Shown piece by piece: positions 38,398 to 49,650 of a stretch of DNA of 64,000 nucleotides. The stretch spans positions 1 through 64,000 of the forward strand of contig JAAILG010000151.1 of assembly GCA_012026655.1 (NCBI GenBank), written 5' to 3'. Below the pieces are notes generated by a model. The model did no database searches. It saw only the letters and a program-made list of their open reading frames with translations, and was not told where the DNA came from. Made by a program: the position numbers and the translations under genes. Numbering within the stretch: position 1 is the stretch's first letter; every line of letters starts with the position of its first letter. This DNA comes from Hydrolagus affinis. Its lineage: Eukaryota.

Positions 38398-39364
38398 GTT
38401 TCCCCTTCCTTCACACTCCATATCATGAGCTACTTCTAGCATTTGGAATTGGAGGGTGTTTAAAGGAAGTCAATTTAATTTGTCCATCGATTCTCCATCC
38501 CACACACTGACAGACATCTTCTCTGGTTCCCCGGTTAAGATGACACACTTGCGAATGGGGACATCATATCACCCCTTCAAATGGTAATAAATAATAATAC
38601 GATTCACTTCAACATCTGAGAAACTATACCAAATCTTTTGTCTTCAATTTAAACTTAAATTTAAATCTTATTTCATATTAAAAATTTGTATAGAGAGTAT
38701 GTCATCATTCCTTAAAACTATTTTAGATAGAGATTGTGGATATGGAGCATGTTAATGGGAAGAGGGATGCTGTGTTCTCGATGAATGCACAATTTGATTG
38801 TTACAGCGAGCCTGCAGAGTCCTGTGGGCACTCTCTCATTGTACATGTTGGAAGTGCAATGATTCTTTCTCACTGAACAGTTATAATGGTGCAGTGCTGA
38901 GGTGCTGGGTGAGATAGATCTGTAAGGAATTTACTCCAAAATCATCTAGGTCCACTGCATGGGAGGAAATGGAAACGTTCTCAGTCTCACTTAATGGTAT
39001 TTTTATTTGAGCATCACTGACTATTTTAAATCAGAATATCCGAGTAGCCCAATCAAAAATAGACCCAACTGTGATTGCTTTACACAAAATATATTGACAA
39101 TAGACCTTATCCTAGGGGAAAGAAAGACATCAGGATTCCACAATTTCAGTGGTTTATTAAAAACAGTTTTTTTTGTTGATACACAAACCATGAGTCTCCA
39201 CTTGAATTCACTTTTGGATTTTTATATTGGCAATGTGTTCATTAAAAAAAATTGGAGCAATTTAGTATGCATAATGGTACGAAACTACATGGAAAGCATC
39301 CAAAAGTACATGAAGAAATGAAAGGGGAAGCTTGGCGGAAAGTTTTTGCAGCTCATTAAATAAA

Positions 39365-39605
39365 GGGTATTAGTGGAAGATTGGGAAACAGCAAATGTTC
39401 CAATTTAAATTAGAAGCATAAGCCTGGATATTATTGGCCTGTAAATGTGATACCTGTGGTGGAAAAATCATTAGAATCCATCATAAAGGTAACAATTCGA
39501 ACACATTTAACAAGAGTAAAAGCAATGAATTGCAGGCCAGCACAGGTTAATAAAAGGTTTTGGATTTCACTTTGCCTGACTTTCAGAAGATATTTAATAA
39601 GGTGT
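39365..39605 (+). mobile_element. CR1 LINE RT N-terminal relic
   Basis: VEDWETANVPI..KPGYYWPVNVIPVVEKSLESIIK..DFQKIFNKV corresponds to CR1 PEDWRxANVTP..PGNYRPVSLTSVVGKLLESII..DFQKAFDKV, with frameshifts. Confidence 0.75.
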
Positions 39606-39984
39606 GATTTGTGGCAGAAGGGGACACTGTGTGCTTAGTATTGAGAACTTCCATCTAAGACCGTAAAGTTTTGATTTAGCTGCAGCCTTTTGTGTGGGGA
39701 AGGGGTCGAAATATAGCAGGATAGAGCATTGCATACAATTGAAAATACAATTTCTGTCCTAGGAGCTCATGAGGTAACAGTAATCCAGCACCAGTTTGTT
39801 AATATATTTTTTAAATCTACATTCAAATACTTTGTTCTTCAAATGTATTCTTAGAGTGAATATGATCAAAAGTTAGTTTAAAATGTCATAGTTGAGCAAG
39901 GTTCTGATACATCTGTGAAGTGTGATTCTATTGCAACAACCAATAGTGTCCGCTATTGCAGATTTGCGACAGAGGTCACAAGTA

Positions 39985-40308
39985 ATATAGTTCAAATTAA
40001 CCTGTCCACTCCCTCCGCTCGGCAAATTCCAGCCTGCTCCACGTCCCCCGCTCAGCATGTCCAATTATCGGTGGTCGGGCCTTCAGCCTCTCTGCCTCCA
40101 CCCTTTGGAACTCCCTCCCACAGTCCCTTCGCCTTGATCCCTCCCTTACCTCTCAAGATGCTCCTCTTCGACAATGCCTTCTGCCACCCTCCTCCCCTGC
40201 CCTCCACCCATACTGATTCCAGCCCCTAGCTCAGGTAAATCCCTGATTAGCCAGAGCCTTGGTATGACTTCCTGATGTGAAGGGTACAAATGCAATCTGT
40301 TGTTGTTG
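39985..40308 (+). mobile_element. L2 LINE 3' end
   Basis: IGGRAFS..PPLWNSLP-like coding remnant (tcggtggtcgggccttcagcc..tttggaactccctccc), a C-rich 3' UTR and the tail gatgtgaagggtacaaatgcaatctgttgttgttg. Confidence 0.85.
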
Positions 40309-41242
40309 TAAATACAGGAAGGATAGAACAGGAAGCATAATGCGAAATCATAACTGAGATCCAACAGTCTCTCCCCAGAGAGAGATGTCAACTTTAATTA
40401 CCAACTTAACGAGCGATCGCATTTGTTTCATGGTCAAGCGGTTGATCAATTCTTTGAGGCCTGAATTTCTTTTAACATTGTCTCTAACGTGACTATGCAA
40501 ATATAGTGAGTTTACTCTTAATCTGAACTTGATATTGAGAAATTAAAAGGTTTTTGTATTTAATCCCCTCTTGTATTAGCTGACTCAGTCAGTCCGTTAT
40601 CTTTCTTGGGTAAAATCCATTCACTACTTTCCGCTGAATTAAAGCTCTCTCCTGAGTTTCAGTCCATGCCCCCCGTCACTAATGCTCTTTGCAACAGATT
40701 TGTTTTTTGTGCATCTCCAATACCATATCAGTAATTGAGAATTGTTGATTGCTTCCCCTTATAGCTGCTATTACCCTCAGTTTTCCACACATTTTGTTGA
40801 CCCTGTCTACAGATTTAAAACCGTCAAATTTTATTCCAAAACAATGGCTCACTTTGTAATTGCTGAGATATGAACTTGGCTTTGTATGAAAGGTGGAGTG
40901 GGATTGACTGGATGATATGGTTTATATCTGGCAGACTCCAGCATGCGATACCTTCCCACCTTATCTAATCAGTGATTTTGATGTCTATTTTCGCACATCT
41001 TAATTCTGATAACTTTTAATTCAATTGCTTCAGATCAACAGCATTATTTCCGAGAAGCTGTTGACTTATAGATAGGCAAACCTTTATTTGCACAGCCTAT
41101 CATCTGCCCTGTTCACTGCACAACAAAGCTTAGTATTAACTGACGCAATGATAAATATTGTGTCTAGTTAAACATCAAGTATTTCTCTGAATTCTTTTAT
41201 TGCACTGTTGAGGCTGTAACTGTTCATATTCTTCACAGTTCA

Positions 41243-41330
41243 CAGTGGTGTCCCACAAACAGTCGTGGATTGAAAAATTACCCAAGTCTCTCGCTTGTAA
41301 GGCGAATGCTCTAACCACTGAGTTACAGGA
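41243..41330 (-). mobile_element. SINE fragment: tRNA head fused to the central body by deletion
   Basis: gtgtcccacaaacagtcgtggattgaaa directly adjoins cccaagtctctcgcttgtaaggcgaatgctctaaccactgagttacag. Confidence 0.85.
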
Positions 41331-42693
41331 CTTCACTGAGCCACATGACTCTACAGGGTTGCGGGGGGAGAAAGAGCCACATCGCATTGTAGTTATCTGA
41401 GCTGACTCATAGTTTGTTGGGATAAATTGATCAAATAAAGTGACAGATGTAGTACAGAAGCCAGCTGCCATTTTATCACTAGGCCTGCAAGACGTTACTG
41501 TACAATCACCATGAACTTGCAGAAAGACCACAGAGAATTTATTGTGGCATGGTAAGGGATCTCAGTGTTCATTTGTGCATCAATGTTCATTTGTGAAACC
41601 AGTTGCTGGCAATGTCAGAAAGTTAGTATCTTCATGCGAACCGGTCCTTATGTGTTATGTCCTTATGTGGCATGTTAGTTTTTCTCTCTTGATCATATGG
41701 TCAAAGGACACGATGAGGCAGTTTCCGTTCAAATTGCCTCATTCAGAGAAGGCCACATATTTAGTCCTTATGTTCGTACAGAACTTGGTATGACACAAAA
41801 TGTAATGGTTGCAAAGTGTTTTGTAAAGGTGTCCAGCTTGTGTTTTAATTGACCTGCTGTGTAAAGCTTCCTTCTTTGAATACTATGCAAGCGGAATACA
41901 CAGCTCGATTTTACAGAAGGAAACCGGGAGATTACAGTGAATTGCCAGCCAGATTTTCCTTTACACATTCTACATACTGTATATATGTAGAATATATATA
42001 TATTTAGTTGTTAGTTGGATGACAATTATCTTACCTGATTTGGGGTCTGGCATGTTTGCATGTCACAGCAATAATTTATTTTTTCAGGAAGTATATGGAT
42101 GGTTTGTGCGCTGCCCACTTGGTGTAATGTACACAACACATTGAGGAGTAGCCCAGAGCTGGTGTTTAATGCAGGTGTTTTGATATAAATGTCTAATGAG
42201 GGATGCTGCCTTTGTTTAATTTTGGTCATACAGCCTGTATTGGAGATAGCCTGAAGCCTTTGGATCCAGCTAAAATGCCACACAGTAATAAGCTTGTCAG
42301 TGTCACACGTTATCTATGAAACCAGGGCAGGCTGCAGGAAATGAACGTCTGTTGATTCCTGAGTTCTCTGTTGCAAGTTTTGGGCTCTCTTTCCCTTTCC
42401 CTTTTATTCTGCCTCTAAAGAAACAGGCTTTAGCCTCCACCCTCCAGTTCTTCCCTCTCAGGCAATTCATTCAGAAGGTCCTGGGCCAGAGAGTCTTGGG
42501 GTGTTCTGCTTTTTGGATTCCTTCAATCTCTATAATCAGAGATGTATGTTGAAACAATTGTCCACCACTTGAGTTTACTGCTGCTATCTGTAAAGAGGAA
42601 TTGACCATCTCAGTGACCTGTGATTGAGTGCCAGTGCAGTGAGAGTGATGGAAAAGCAACAACCAAGTCGACTATAACGCTCATCTTACAGGA

Positions 42694-43235
42694 ATAACAA
42701 CAACAACTTGCATTTTTACAGCACCTGCCATGCCAGGCGGAGAGTTCAGAGTGATTAACAATGGCCGAGGCCAAGCCAGGGGGAGGGGGAAGGTGACTGT
42801 AGGCACAGTTGAAGTGGAAGGTCTCCAGGCGCGAGCTGAAGATGGGGAAAGACGGGGTGAGAGGCAAAGGGTTGAGGGAGGAAGTTCCAAAGTTCGGGGC
42901 ATAGTGGCTGAAAACATGGCTGCCGATGGTGGAGAGGACGATTCGGGGGACAAAGAGGAGGGCAGACCTAGTAGAGCAGAGGCAGCGGGTACAGCTTGTA
43001 GGAGAGAGGAGGTTAGAGAGATAGGAGGGTGGCAAAGAATGGAGAGGATTCAAACACGAGTGAAGAAGATCTTGAAGTTGATCCACTCTGTGACAGGGAG
43101 CCACAGAATCCTTTAGCAAGGACTGGGGTAATCGGGGTATCGAGTGAGAGTGAAATTGGTTTGGTGCGAGTGAGAATGTGGGCTGCAGAGTTTCGAATGA
43201 GCTGAATTTTGTAAATAATGGCGGAGAAATGTAGT
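42694..43235 (-). mobile_element. L2 LINE 3' region with type-2 tail
   Basis: ORF 42610-43119 contains LHSLPPSYLSNLL..TIGSHVFSHYAP (cf. L2 LHGLAPSYLSDLL..GGRAFSxxAP). An upstream frame gives LQNSA and xHWLPV-like remnants. Tail is ggcatggcaggtgctgtaaaaatgcaa(gtt)n. Confidence 0.9.
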
Positions 43236-43855
43236 GCTGGTGGTTTGTAAGAACTTAAGTGTCATTATATATATCTTTGCTTTAGAATATGATGGAGAGA
43301 GAAACTTACTGAACATAAGTTCAGGAATTGTGGCGCGACCACTCCTCTTTTAGACCATTCTGACACCATGGCATCAGAAGATATCTTCTACTTTGGTTGC
43401 CAGACCCGATTATATGAGAGAGCTCAGGTTTGTTTTTCCCCCAGTGGCTGCGAGGGGCAATCACATTTGCTGTGTTATGTTCAGTTCATTTTCAAGCATT
43501 CAGTCCTGATCCATAATGAAGCAAGATGTCACAAAGACTAGTTTTCAAACCCAGTGTAAAGTACTTCAGGGTGTTTACATATGCTGAAGGGCAGAGTCAT
43601 TGCCTTCAATGCTTATCATGGAAATTCAATGCTTTGACCTATCACATCTGCCTTGGCTTGTCTGATGGCATCCAGTGGGGTAGAGTACACAGTCCATAAC
43701 AAATCATTCAATAAAAGCACCAAAGCAAACGTAGAAAGTCTGCTCTGCTGGTACAGACTGCTCCTGTCCACATGTCCACCACTGCTTCACGGCACAGCAT
43801 AGAAAAAGAAATGACAAAGCAGGAGCCTTCAGCTCGGCTCAGTGCTCCAAGCAAG

Positions 43856-44055
43856 TGTCAGTTTGGCTCAGTCGGAGGCTCTCTTACTTCCGATCAGAAT
43901 GTCAGGAGTTTAAGCACCAGCATTTGAGCTCATAATCTTGGCTGACACTGTAGTGCAGCACTGCTGCATTGTAGGAGATCGTACGTGTCCATTGACACAA
44001 GAAGCCAAGGTTCTGTCTGGCTGTTGAAGTTGACATGAAAGATTGGAGGCTGTTG
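43856..44055 (+). mobile_element. Old DeuSINE (SacSINE1/AmnSINE1-like) 5' half
   Basis: ggctcagtcggaggctctcttacttccgatcagaatg..ttgagctcataatcttggctgacactgtagtgcagcactg..gacatgaaagat follows the recalled SacSINE1 consensus. Confidence 0.7.
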
Positions 44056-45954
44056 GCGGAGGGCCAGGTGGCCTCGTTGTTGTACTTACACAGCTTTGTG
44101 GCCTCGGACTTTCACAGATTGGTGGTGTCCTCGCAACCTGTTGTCATGAGTGAAATGTGCCGCCAAAACGAAGAGGGTTCTCTTCCCCGCCAGCCGCCTC
44201 CACTCCCTGCATGTGTGTGCGAGTGATCTCGAACTGGAAGGATTTTAAGCAAGAAATGTCATCCAAACAGTCTACGTGTGTGGGTGGGAGCGATTGCAAA
44301 ACCTATAGCGGTAACTCTTTATATTTTGCTGGTCTCTCACTGTCTGGCTCCTCATTGCCCACTGTTAAGTGGGGCCCGTTGCAATGTAGCAGGTTCACAA
44401 TACTTGTAATGAGCTCAGTTTCCTTTTCGGTATAACTCGGTTGATGAAGCCAGGCCCCAGTGTGAAACTGAACCTTCTGGAGAGCCCGCAATCTCAAAAG
44501 TGTTAAAAAAAAACTCGTCTCTAATTAAATGCGCCAACAACAGCTGTCGAATTGGTTGTTTGGGCTGTTGGAGGGCAGGAATTGTGCATTGAGGTCAGTG
44601 GCTCACATTTGCTGTAATGGGGCAGACCTACTTGTAAATTACAATGAGAATATAATAAATTAAATGAAAAATTTAATTAAAAACAATTGTGAGGAAATCT
44701 ACGTATGAGTGCAGTGTATAAGTTCAAGTACATTTACATTGAACTGTTGAGCTACTGTAGCTTTTGAGTTGAGGGCGTGCTTGACAGCTTCTGTTAACTT
44801 CAAAGCTAAATCCCACAGCTCCCCTGTGGTACATTATTGTTTAATTGCATATGCTGCACTCTGGCACAACAGTGCAATCCAGATGTAGCTTTTTACCTAC
44901 GGAAAGAATAATGGATTAGGGCATGAAGCGTTTTGTGTAATTGAGAAGCTTTGACTTGGAGGCTGCTGACAGGCTGCTTGGACACCATTAGCAAACCTGG
45001 ACAGATTTATGCACCTCTGTCCCCCGCCAGTCAATCCTGTTTGTACCTCACTGTTCCTCACAGGCCTCTCGATCACATCGCCAATTTAATCAGATGTCAT
45101 CGATTACAGAGTTTAATAAACAAGAAATTAAACCATCGACCAAGCATGCTGCTGAACAGATGGCACAGACATGGGATAAAGCTGAGCCTTGTTGCCTTGA
45201 TTCCATTTCGAAGATGTGCAACAGTAAACGAGTTGAGTTTTAGCTCAGAATCCCTTTTTATTCCCTCCCTACCACACACGTACTCGTGACCTTGTTTGTC
45301 TGGGTCACTGATGTCGAAGGCTGTCTGTCCTGTACCAAGTTACCTGTACTTGACTCTTTCATTTCCATATCAATGGGTAGAATATCCAATAACAGGATAA
45401 CTTAACCTGCTTTTTGTTTAGCCACCTCTTCTCGCTGTCTAAATAAATGTGCTTTCACACTTAGAGCGCAAATAAAATATTAGCACTCAATCGTTCTAAA
45501 GGTACGAATCCAGGAACTCCTTTGTCATTAGCATGCAAAACAGTTGTGGCCTGTATTCAAAATTGTATTAAAACTGCATTTTACACATTGATCTGCGGAG
45601 AACAGTAGAATTAAAAATAATCAGCAACTTGAGCGATGTACTGGAGAGAGCCTTCAGTGATGGTCTGTAGTGGTAGGTAGCTGCCTTGCCATTCTCGGGA
45701 TCCTAGTTTGAACTTGAATATGTTCAGATTTAGATATGGTTCATTTAAGATTTGCCTCATTGAATGAAATGGCAATCGTTGCTAGATTAAGGTTTCCTTT
45801 ATACATACGCTTACATGTGAAATAAACACATTATGTCTAGATCTTGTTCAGAGTCCAGATAAGATGCCATTTGTGCTTTGCCCAGCCTCCATTGGCAAAG
45901 CTGATAGAGCGTCATTGGCAAAACCCTTCTGTGATCATTTTACACCTGCTATTG

Positions 45955-46083
45955 TCTGCCGCATTTCACCCACAAAATATACAGTCAATTAATTCACTTT
46001 GCATTATATTCTGTGAAGCTCCTTGAGATGTCTTAAAGACATGATAAGGCGCTATATCAAATGCAGGGATTATTATTATTATT
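45955..46083 (+). mobile_element. SINE 3' half
   Basis: gccgcatttcacccacaaaatatacagtcaatt..ttctgtgaagctccttgagatgtc..aaggcgctatatcaaatgcaggga(tta)n. Confidence 0.9.
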
Positions 46084-46849
46084 GAAAATGGAAGTCTTTA
46101 AGAACAAGGAAAGCATGAGAAAATCTAGTCACTCAGACTCGGGCAAGCCACCGGAGGGAGGAAGCTTAGAAAACAGGTGAGCTCCTCAAGCCACTGGCCA
46201 CTGTAGAGCGTTCGCAGAGATCTCAGAGCGGGTTGTCTGACTGCCTTTAGTTTATAAATGGGCATTTGAAAGATCTGACTTTCCAGTTCGGATATATTGA
46301 AAGGTCTAGTTTTCACTTTTGATCAATGGAGTACAGTTCTCCTGTGATTTCTAAATTATATTTATATTTATTTTGATTTGATACTCTTACAGGATTCCTG
46401 GACTTAATAAGTGCAATGTACAGCATGCCAGATGCTGATTCATATTTAATGGGTCAGAGGTCGGAAGATTAGTCACCCTGTTGCAAGCCATAAGCCATTC
46501 ACATCACACAGATATGGTAGTCTCTTTTGTGTGTTTATTATTTAAGCTAAAATGGGCAAAATTGAATCAATAGTGCCTCTATAATGTTAAGCCTCAATGT
46601 TTAGGAATCCTTGCAATTTTATCTGCCCCGCTTTGGAAAAAGCTTGAAATGTAAGGGAAAGGGAATTTCATCTCCCACAGGAGGAACTTTAACTTGTTTC
46701 TTTTTTTAATAACCATTTTCCTTTGTATGTACCTATACCAAGGAGGTACTGTGCAGTTTAACACTGCTCTTATTGAGAGTGCCTTCTGTACAAAGTGGAA
46801 CGAAAATGGCTACCTTCTTTCCTCACATAATAAACCTAGGAAACCAGAA

Positions 46850-47012
46850 CTCAAGTCCAATGCTTTCACCAAACCTCTTAATATCTCTGTTAACAACTAT
46901 CTATCTGCCTCTTTTAAACATCCCTGTTGATTCTAACTCTGCAGTATTCTAGGGCAGAGTATTCCACAATTTCACAAATCATTGGGATGAACTTCTTGCT
47001 GATCTGAGGTCT
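46850..47012 (-). mobile_element. CR1 LINE 3' relic
   Basis: ctatctatctgcctcttttaaacat..ggcagagtattccacaatttcacaa is the reverse complement of the VxLWNxLP..FKxxxDR C-terminal RT region. Confidence 0.65.
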
Positions 47013-47159
47013 CATCGTCTTCGTTCTGATTTCCACCATCAGTCGTTGTGGGATACTGAGGTGTTGCATTGTGTGATTATATGGCATTGCGTAAAAAATT
47101 GTGCCATGGTTAATTGTATAATATGTGATTATTGCTCTCATTTTAGCATTCAGTCACTA

Positions 47160-47340
47160 TATCCCAACCTCAGGCATTCTTTGCCTTGACCCCTCCACAT
47201 TGTCCCCCTCTCTATCTCTTAAAATCCTACCTCTGACATTGTACTCCTTCCCCCATCTCACTTCCAGGACATCACTGAATCGCGCTGAGATTTATCCTAT
47301 GTTGAGGGTGCTGTATAAATGATGGAAATGGTTTTGTAGT
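47160..47340 (+). mobile_element. Old L2 3' end
   Basis: tcttaaaatcctacctctgacattgtactccttccccc..cgcgctgagatttatcctatgttgagggtgctgtataaatg. Confidence 0.6.
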
Positions 47341-48929
47341 GTTTGTATAGACATGTGAAATATTTCTGAAGTCTATCATAAAATGTCATTAGAAATTCCT
47401 GCAAGGGAGGAAGTGAAAGCAAGTTTACTCGTTTATCACAACTGAATTCCTTTCTGCATATTTGTGTTGTGGCATGGTTGGATTTAACAAAGGGTGGATG
47501 CTACATGGTTTAACAAAGCCAGGTAGATGTGGGTTTCAGTCTCAGGTCTTGGCTGATGTTTAACATCTGCAGTCCTTACTTGTGAATGATCAATCCTCGT
47601 CTCTCAGGTAGAGAGAGAGAGAGAGTACAATATGCTGCCATTGGAAACTGATTGGAGTGGCTTTTTATGGTCAACAGTGAAGGGTTAGGGTTAGTTGAAT
47701 AATGCCACATGGAAACATGTAGCTCATGGGGAGGGGAAAGAGGAGAGGGGCAAATAAATAGAAAAAGTATGAATTGTGGATAGAGGTCTGTCTGTCACAT
47801 CCTCGTGTTAACCCACGTGTGTGATATTCATTCACTGCAAACTGACGAACTGTGAAAATGTGACGACCGGAGGCAACTGATGGCTGAACAGGCGTGAAAA
47901 CGTGACGTGCACGTACACTGCTGAAAATTGGGAAACCTTGTGAGACTGGGAGAATTCAGCCTCAGCGGGAAAAACAAGCGAACCTAGGCTCTGTACCGGA
48001 AAAAGTGCCTGGAAAAAAAACGGCAAACGCTGAAATTTCAAAGGAGATGCTTATGTAAAACAGCAGCAGGGGCATGTTTCCCAGGAGTGGTATAGCTCAG
48101 TAAGTCATCAAAACCAGCAAGAGGATAGAAAAACGAGCAATGTTGAAATGTTTTGAACTTAATCTAGGGAATAGGTAGCCTCTGAACTGCCAGCTTACTG
48201 TGAATGTAAACCACATAGACACACGGGATATTTTTCCCAGTTGATCTAATTATAAGATAAAACTAAGCATATATAAAATCAGTTGGAATGCATTAGGTTG
48301 AAGCTTGCAGCTAAAAGTCAGAAAAAGTCTTTAGCTGATTTATGTCTTACTCTGATACACAGGGGTTTGAGGCATGTCAGCAAGTTTACGCTGTTATTTT
48401 TGGATCTAATTTGATTGATTTATTTTCACAGGAGTTTGTGAAAAAAAGCATGTCTGGCTCTGTAAAAATAACCTCTATTTGTATTGCACCCAATTCCTCT
48501 TTAAAACAGGATCTTTGGTATCTAAATTACATGTTTTGTTATAAATGAGATCTATATGAGCATATTGTGTGTTGGACACTTCTTAAACATTAAGGTGGAA
48601 TGCGCAGTATAAAGTTCTTCTTACCTCCCATTTCTTGGCAGCTGCTCATTTGTATCCCAATGGCTCCAAGTTTAGCAAAACAGCAATTAAAATGGAGAGA
48701 GTCCTCCTGTGGATTTAAGCAAAACCAATGTTCTGAAGCTCTTGTCTAATTTATGTTTCATTCCCAGTGTTTCTCAACGTGCCATAGTGATGATCATGCT
48801 TGTTTACTATAAATCTGCACTTTTAGTATTGAACACCTTGGTGCTTTGTTTATCACTTTGGACACCTCTAGAAACTTTGATCTGTCTGGCAGCATCAAGT
48901 TCTGGAGGTTGTGACCATCTTATGATCTT

Positions 48930-49650
48930 TACCAGACATGGGTTTATGATTATTTAGTTTCCTCCCAAATCAATCACTCTATTCTCAGACTGTTTGTTCT
49001 GTTTTCTGTCTCACTTTGGGGTTTCTTCACATCGATGGCCTCCATTTATCATCCAATCCTGTCTACTCTTGCCAATGATTCAACTCTCTATTCACCAGCT
49101 TCTTTCAGATAAGAAATGCTCAGGTCAGATACCCTTCTCTCCACTCTGTATTCACACTTTTCACTCCTCTCTCAATGCAGAAGTACATCACTTATCCTTG
49201 ATGTCTTCCTTGCTCTTGAATGGGCCAATAGTGATGAACATGCAAACAGAAGTAGACCATTTAGCCGGTTGAGCCTCTTCTGCCAAGAGATCTTTAAGAT
49301 CATGGCTGATCTGTGCCTCAACTCCAATTACCTGCCCTTGCTGCATATCCCTTGATACCCTGACTTAACAGAAATCCATCCTCCTCAGTCCGGATAATTT
49401 GAATGATGTTTCTTCATGTCTCTGGAAACCTAACCAGCCACCTCTTCCTGTTCACAGATCCAATGTGAAGCATTTAGCTATTGACATTTTTGATGTCGCT
49501 GACTCCTCTGATCTCGATTGAAATGTTCCCATTTTCTGTTTTGTTGAAGCAAGCTCCAAGAGTGCAGTTTCATTTTTATGCATGATCACAGTTGATAACA
49601 TCATTTGTGTAATTTTATTCCATATTCAAAGAAGCAAGACTAGTATATCT
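48930..49650 (+). mobile_element. Ancient CR1-group RT relic interrupted by a younger CR1
   Basis: Collinear remnants SFLPNQS, SSNPVYS/ANDSTLYS (cf. SNPIHSFADDSTL), SSLNAEV, and after the insertion DIFDVADSSDLD*NVPI..ASSK (cf. ILGVTISSDLSWxxHI..ASK). Confidence 0.45.
49235..49400 (-). mobile_element. CR1 LINE 3' end
   Basis: gaagtagaccatttagcc..agatcatggctgatctgtgcctcaactcca..catatcccttgataccc is the reverse complement of the family at 38208-38397. Confidence 0.88.
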
